Shown here: one piece after another, positions 57,601 through 64,000 of the stretch
How positions within the stretch are numbered: the first letter of the stretch is position 1
Layout: the number at the start of each line of letters is the position of its first letter
Program-made: the position numbers and the translations under genes
Notes under the pieces: model-generated
The model's input: the letters and a program-made list of their open reading frames with translations, nothing else
Told to the model about the DNA's origin: nothing
Database searches by the model: none
From: Monocercomonoides exilis PA203
Lineage: Eukaryota > Protista > Preaxostyla
NCBI GenBank assembly: GCA_001643675.2
Contig: LSRY02000025.1
Span: 186,001-250,000 of the forward strand
Length of the DNA stretch: 64,000 bases
Reading direction: 5' to 3'

Positions 57601-58957
57601 TAAAAATAACTCTTTACGAATAATTGACAAAACCATTGGAGGAAAATTCTCGACAAGCTTTGGTTAAAAAAAAAAGAAAGATAAAGAAAAAGAATGGAAA
57701 ATTGCAGAGAGGTACAACATTTATTCATATTTTCAAGGAATTTTTAACAATATAAACAATAATAATAAATTCAATATAATAATAAATATTATAATGAAAA
57801 AAATATCACAAAACAAACATGCTCCCACAAATTGTCCATCTCAGCGTAAACATTTGGATAACGCGAACTGCTTTCAGATGCAACGACCTTAACATGCAAT
57901 ACCAAACACAAAAGCACAAATCACGAAAATGGCAAATCATTATCACGATTTTTGATGAAATGTTTGCATGATAAAAAAAGAAAAAAATTTTATTTTATAA
58001 ATTAGAAAGCCAAATAAATAAAGAATATTCATTATAACGTTTAATTTCAAACCTCTGCAACTTCAAAAGGAACTGAAAAATTCTCAAGCAACTTCACAAC
58101 CTCAAGAATTCGTCTCGACTCATATTTCTTTGCAACATCATACGCTATCGGAGAAATTCGAGTCATGTTCAATGATAAATGTATAACATTTCCCGGACTG
58201 ATAACACGTGTGCCAGAAGTCGAAGAAACAACAACAACTTTTCCTTTCGGTATAGTATCAAAATGACTCTTCCAGCCGAGGTCATATTGTTCCTGCATAT
58301 AGGAAATTCAGCGTATTTGTTCCAAAATATAGAACATTTTGAACAACAATGTTCAATAAAGACACGCAAAGGTCAATTTTGAAAACTTTTAAAATACTTT
58401 AATAATTAGTTATTAGCACACCTCAAGCAAGCTATGAATTGCATAAAAGTTGCATTGCTCACTTTTATCATTCAAGTTCATAGAAACATTTGAAAATAAA
58501 CGTGGTGTGCACATCGAAAGCTGTGCAAATGAAAATTCTCGATTATTTTTTTCTTCACAACATAAAAAAAAAACAGCAAACATCTTTCCCAAGTGGATCA
58601 AGAATTTCTTTTGCAAGAGTACCATTCAGACCCATTGTTTCTGTCTGATTCCTTGGGGTGATCGTCAAATCAGGGTTTCCAAAAAACTGACCAGACATCA
58701 AATACTTCAATTCTGGCTGTCTTGAAAGCAGATTCAATACGATAGGGATAAACAAGCTCACAAGAAAACATCTATCAAACGCAAAAATATTATTTGTAAA
58801 ACCAATGACAAGTCACAACAAACCCTAAAACCCCCCAACAAAAACTACATTTGTGATGTTTCATCTCTCTCCAACTTTGCGACAAATAAAAGCGAAAATA
58901 CGCGCACGAAACTTGACATTGATTCTTCCTTTTTTTGACGGGAACATACAGGGACAT
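54684..58957 (-). CDS. FtsX/MacB-type ABC transporter permease (DUF214-like), multi-exon
   Basis: Large last exon (acceptor at 57289) has two FtsX signature segments (RAYELGMMRVHGM; IRDYGMMRSMGLSKFQVRRVYIEEAF) and multiple TM helices. Upstream short exons start at ATG 58957 (MSLYVPV...LSQSWREMKHHKCSFCWG). Internal exon borders not fully resolved. Confidence 0.85.
57361..57430. repeat. (AAATACAATA)7 minisatellite inside a permease intron
   Basis: Seven exact 10-mers in tandem. Confidence 0.92.
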
Positions 58958-59138
58958 AGCTTCTTGCAATTCTTTGTGAAAAATGTGATTTTCAATTAAT
59001 AATATATTGATCAAGTTTTCAAAACTTTTGTGAAAAACGTTTTATTTGTTATTCATTGAATTCTTAATGATTTTTTTTTCTTTTGAAAATTGAAAAGTTT
59101 ATTTTTTGCTGCAATCCCATTTTGTATGTTATGAATGA
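58958..59138. promoter_or_regulatory. Probable bidirectional promoter between head-to-head genes
   Basis: 181 AT-rich bp separate the permease ATG (58957, -) and the ubiquilin-like ATG (59139, +). Inferred from geometry only. Confidence 0.5.
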
Positions 59139-62100
59139 ATGAAACAGGCCACCCTCTGTCTTGTGAATGTTAGAGGTGAAATTACGATGGTGACCTGTGA
59201 ATTAACAAATACTGTCGCTCAACTGAAGGAAAAGGCTGCAAGAATTATTCAAGTTTCACCAAAAGAGATAAATTTGCTTTTTAATAAATCTCTTCTAGAA
59301 AATTCCAGAAGTCTTGAATATTACAGTTTGTTCACCTTGTATTCAATATATTTATACATTTTTTATTATGTGGGGAAATTAAAGAAATAAAGAGTGGAAG
59401 CGAGATTTCCATGATTTTATCAAAGAAAAGATCTGTAGCTCGAGATAAGCATACTTCAAGTTTAAAAACAACTGGGAAAGAAAGGAGCAATTCCTATACA
59501 ATGGAAAATGCAGCATTGGCACTTAGAGACGTCGAAACAATGCTTCAGATGATTTCAAAATTTCAAGGTGAGAAATGTTTTTCAACAAACTTTTTTGTAT
59601 TTTACCTTTTTTTTATCGGATTTTATTGAAGCACAACAGCAGGAACCTTTTAAAAACCATGGATATGAATTTTCCATGCCGCAAGATAATTTCGAGAGCA
59701 GTTATCAAGATAGACTTGATGGCGCCAACCCACTCACCGAGAAAATGAAGCAACTTTCTGAGCGCAACCCGGAGATGGCGGCGATGCTGCGGGACGCGAG
59801 GATGCCGGAGAGCTTTCAGAACCTGCTGAGTCTGCCGGCAGCGGCGAAGGAAATTATCCGGCACACTGATCTAATTCTCCGAGAGGCGATGGTTAGGCCG
59901 GATGGGATGCCATTGCTGATGGATATTCACAACTGCATAGAAGAGGCGTATGAGTTGGAGTATGGGACGTACAGAGAAATGGCAGAGAAGCAGAGGAAGG
60001 AGTTTATTTACTCGCTGATCGAGATGAAGGAGGAGGAGGAAGAAGAGGAGGAAGAAGAGGAAGAAGAAGAGGAAGAAGATGGAGAAGAAGGAAATGAAGA
60101 TGAAAAATATGAGAAGAATAGAAAAATTAGGGGAAACTATGAAAAATTTGCAATTTCTGATGATTATGATGCTTATTCTGGCTTTATTGATGATTTTGAT
60201 TATGATAATGAAGAAGAAGAAAAAGAAGATAATTACAATTGCTTCAGAGGGAAAAATACTTCTTATTCAGATTCTATCAGTAAAAGATCAAAAAACATAA
60301 AAAGTGATCGAAAATTTCGAAATATTCATAATTCTCATAGTTCTCATAGAAATCTCATTAATTCTTCTCTTCTTTCTCCCTCTCTTCAGTATCAGCGTCA
60401 ACATCAAATATCATCATCATCTTCTTCTTCCTCCTCCTCCTCCTCTTCCTCCTCTTCTTCTTCCTCTTCCTCCTCCTTTTTTTCTCCTTTCTTTTCTTCC
60501 CCTTCCTTCTCCCCCTCTTCCTCTTCCTCTTCCTCTTCCTCCTCCTCTTCTTCCTCTTCCTCTTCCCCCTCTTCCTCTCTCCCCAACCCCTGGTCTCAGC
60601 CTCTTCTCCCCTCTTTCCTCGTCATCCAATTTCTTTCTGTGCCAATCAATGGAACGCCTATGGATATGATGAGCATCCGATTGAAAGCAGAAATAGAGCT
60701 GGAAGAGATGGAGAGAGAGTACAAGGAGATGAAGGAGGAGGAGAAGAAGGAGAAGGAGAAGGAGAAGAAAGAGAGGGAAGAGAAGGAGAAAGAGAAGGAG
60801 AAAGTGAAGAAAGAAAAGAATATAGAAAGAGAAGAAGAAGAATTTAAAGAAGAAGAAGAAGAAGAAGAAGAAGATTCTCAATTGGAATGGGAATTTCTTC
60901 GGAGAAATGCAGAAGAAGAGGAATACGAAGAGTTTTATGATGATGCGGCACCTTATGGCTTGGATTTTGATAAGTATGAGAGGAAGATGAAGAAGATGAA
61001 GGAGGAAATATATTCGTTTGAGGAAGGGAGAGAGAAGAAGGAGAAAGAGAAGGAGAAGGAGAAGGAGGAGAAGAAAGAGGAGAAAGAGAAAGAGAAAGAG
61101 AAGGGGAAGAAAGAGGATAAAGAGAAAGAAAAGGAGAAAGGAGAAGGAAGAGGAAGAGGAAGAGTATATAAACATTTTAAATTTGTTGGAAGAGATGGAG
61201 ATGAAAATGAAGAAGAAATGAAGATTTCATCATCATCATCATCATCATCATCTTCTTCTTCTCTTTCCTCCTCCTCCTCCTCTTCTTCTCCTTCTTCTTC
61301 TTTTCCTTCTTCTTCTCCTTCTTCTTCTTCTCCTTCTCGTCCTCTTCTCCCTCTCTGCTATGATTCCTACCTCCAAAGAAAGAAAGAGCTTTTGATTGAA
61401 CTTTCAATCCAAAAAGTGCAATTTGAAAGTTGGAAGAAAGAAACAAGAGAAAAAGAAGAAGAAAAGAGGAAGGCGAGGAAGATGGCGAGGAGAAGAATGA
61501 GGGAGATGGAAGGAGGAGGAGGAGGAGGAGGAGGAGGAAGAGGAAGAAGAAAGGGAAAAGAAGAAAGAGAAAGAGAAAGAAAAGAAAGAAGAAGAGAAAA
61601 AATTTCAAAATTATCAAAATCCAACGAAAATCAAGAAATAAAACGAAAATTACAAGATTTGCCTCCATGGGCATCTAAAAGTTCAAATATAAGCTCTTCT
61701 TCTTTTTCTTTTTCTTCTTCTTCAAATTCTTCCTCTTTCCCTTCTTCTTCTTCTTCTTCTTCATTTAATTCTTCTTCTCTTCCTCCTCTTCCTCCTCTTC
61801 CGAATGGCCAATTATTGCAGAAAATTTCTCCGGAGTATTTATTTACGCAATTTCTCCGAAACGAAGAAGAAATGATGAAAGAACAAGAAGAAGAAGAAAG
61901 AATTCAAAAAAGCGTGGAAAGAATGAAGAAGATAGCGAAAATGAGGAAGAAAGAGAAAGAGAAAGAGAAAGAGAAAGAGAAGGAGAAGGAGAAGGAGAAA
62001 GAGAAAAAAGAAGAAGAAGAGGAGGAGGAGAAGGAGGAGGAGAAGGAGAAGGAGAAAGAAGAAAATGAAAAAGGGAAAGAAAATGAAGAAGAAAGAAGAG

Positions 62101-64000
62101 AAGAAAGAAGAGAAAGAAGGGGAAGAAGAGGAAGAGAAGAAGGAAATGAAGAAGAATTATACGGCATCATGAAATACTATTTAAAAGCAATGGAAGAAAA
62201 AAGCAACTTATCAAATGAGGGATTTTCGTTTTTTGAAGACGAAAATCATGATTATTATGATTATTATGTAAAATCAGAAGATTTTGAAGAAGAAAGAAAG
62301 AAAGGAGGAGAAAGAGAAAGAGAAAGAGAAAGAGGAGGAAGAGGAGGAAGAGGAGGAAGAGGAAGAGGAGGAAGAGGAATAGAAGAGAAGGAAAATGAAT
62401 ATTTTAATGAAAATTTCTATGAAAACAAGAATTCTAATGAAAATTCAGTGATTTCGTATCCAATTGGATATAAGTCTAATTATCGTGTAGCAGTTTATGG
62501 AGAAGAAGAAGAAGAAGAAAATGATGAAGAAAAGGAAGAAGAAGAGAAAAAAATAAAAGAAGAAATAAAAGAAGAAGAAGATGATGAAGATAGAGAAGAA
62601 AATGCTAATGAATTTGATAATGATGATGACGACGAAGAAGAAGATTATAGAGGTATTTCATTTGAAATGGAAGAAGAGAAAGAAGAAGAGAAAGAAGAAG
62701 AGAAAGAAGAAAAAATGAAAGAAGAAGAAGAAGAAAAGGAAAAAGAAGAAACAGAAGAAGATAGATTCATACAAGCTATCCAAAAAATGTCAATACAAAA
62801 TATTCCTTCTTATTCTTCAAATTATAAATCTATTTCTCCGATTTCTCCGTCGCTTGCATGTTCCACTGTGCCTAAACAGGAAGTCTGTGTTAAATCTTCT
62901 TTTCCCAATATATTTTCAAGTGATTTAAATGAAAACAAAAATGATGAAAAATTTGATGAAGAAGAATTTTCTAAGAAGTTTGAACGACTTCTATTGAATT
63001 TGCCTATGGGAAGTGAAAATTCAATGGAAAAGGAAGAAAAGAAAGAAAAATTTGAAAATATAGAAAGAAGAGGAAAAGAAGATGAAGAAGAAGAAGAAGG
63101 AAAAGGAAAAGAAAAAGAAAAAGAAGATAATAATGATAATAATGATGGAATAGAGAAAGAGGAAGAAGAAAGAGAAGAAAGAGAAGAAGAGAAAGAGAAA
63201 GAAGAAGAAGAAGAAGAAGAAATAATAAAAGAAGATAAATATGATGATGATGATGACATTGAAGAAGTGAATGGAGATATTGAGAGTGCAAAACTTATTC
63301 AACAACGTTTGATTTCTATTGGAGAAGAAGAAGAAGAAGAAGAAGAAGATGATGATGATGATATTGAAGAATATAAAGAAAGAGAAGGAGAAAAAGAAGG
63401 AGAAGGAGAAAGAGAAGGAGAAAGAGAAAGAGAAGAAGAAGAAGATAATGATGATGAAAAATTGGAAAATGAAGAAGAAAAGAAAATAAAAGGAAAAGAA
63501 GAAGAGAAAGAAGAAAATAAAAAAGAAATGAAAAAACAAGCAAAACAAACAAAAATATCTGAAATTCCATTCATTTCTGAAGAACAACACTCAAAATCAC
63601 CTTCTTCTTTAAATTCTTCAAATGAATTTTCTCTTTCTTCTTCTCTTTCTCTTTCTCTCTCTCTTTCTCAGCCAATATCAAATATTTTGAATAAAGAAGA
63701 AAAAAATAAAGAAGAAGAAAAAGAAAAAGAAAAAAATAAAGATGAAGATGAAGAAAAATTTTCTTCTTCTTCTTCTTCTTCTTCTTCTGCTTCTATTTCA
63801 TCATCATCATCATCATCTTCTTCTTCTTCCTCCTCCTCTTCTTCTTCTATTCTCTTCCCCACCAATAAACGAGTAACATTCCAAATGTCAAATTCTTCTT
63901 CTTCTTCTTCTTCCTCTTCTTCCCCTTCCTCCTCCTCTTCCTCTTCTTCTTCCTCTTCTTCTTCTCATTCTCTTCAATTCAACTCCACTTTTCCTCCACT
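59139..64000 (+). CDS. Ubiquilin/Dsk2-like protein (N-terminal ubiquitin-like domain plus STI1-like region) with a very long acidic/Ser low-complexity extension; 3'-truncated by the window
   Basis: Exon 1 UBL-like (TNTVAQLKEKAA...EINLLFNKSLLENSRSLEYY). After two introns: MKQLSERNPEMAAMLRD...KEIIRHTDLILRE...PDGMPLLMDIHNCIEE, resembling the ubiquilin STI1 region. The frame from ATG 59676 is absent from the closed-ORF track, so it is open to the window end. Confidence 0.75.

Overview
AT-rich eukaryotic (protist) genomic DNA read in the standard code, with short GT-AG introns. Gene content, huge Ser/Glu low-complexity tracts and the expanded gene families resemble an oxymonad flagellate such as Monocercomonoides; that assignment is inference. 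Core genes: tRNA-Lys(TTT), a 3-exon PACRG, a multi-exon FtsX/MacB-type permease, a ubiquilin-like gene running off the right edge, and a ~3,300-aa low-complexity protein with a CEP350/TRM-like C-terminus. Three long type-I membrane proteins carry GGA/FxxC beta-helix-like repeats; one ends in a pseudokinase domain. The accessory content is dominated by DNA-transposon and fold-back structures: (1) a full-length pogo/Fot1-like DD35D transposon (24101-26134; 39-bp TIRs, TA TSD, one intron, one frameshift); (2) a 999-bp fold-back MITE with related ends that splits a host ORF (26624-27622); (3) a ~2.9-kb TIR element with subterminal ~19-bp arrays carrying a surface-protein gene fragment (38069-40985, Pack-type); (4) two near-perfect long inverted repeats (312-bp and 670-bp arms) that share a non-coding module. 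The 16.7-29.6 kb interval is a patchwork of gene fragments, including an IQCH-like pseudogene. All protein family calls come from motif recognition by eye; no database search was run.
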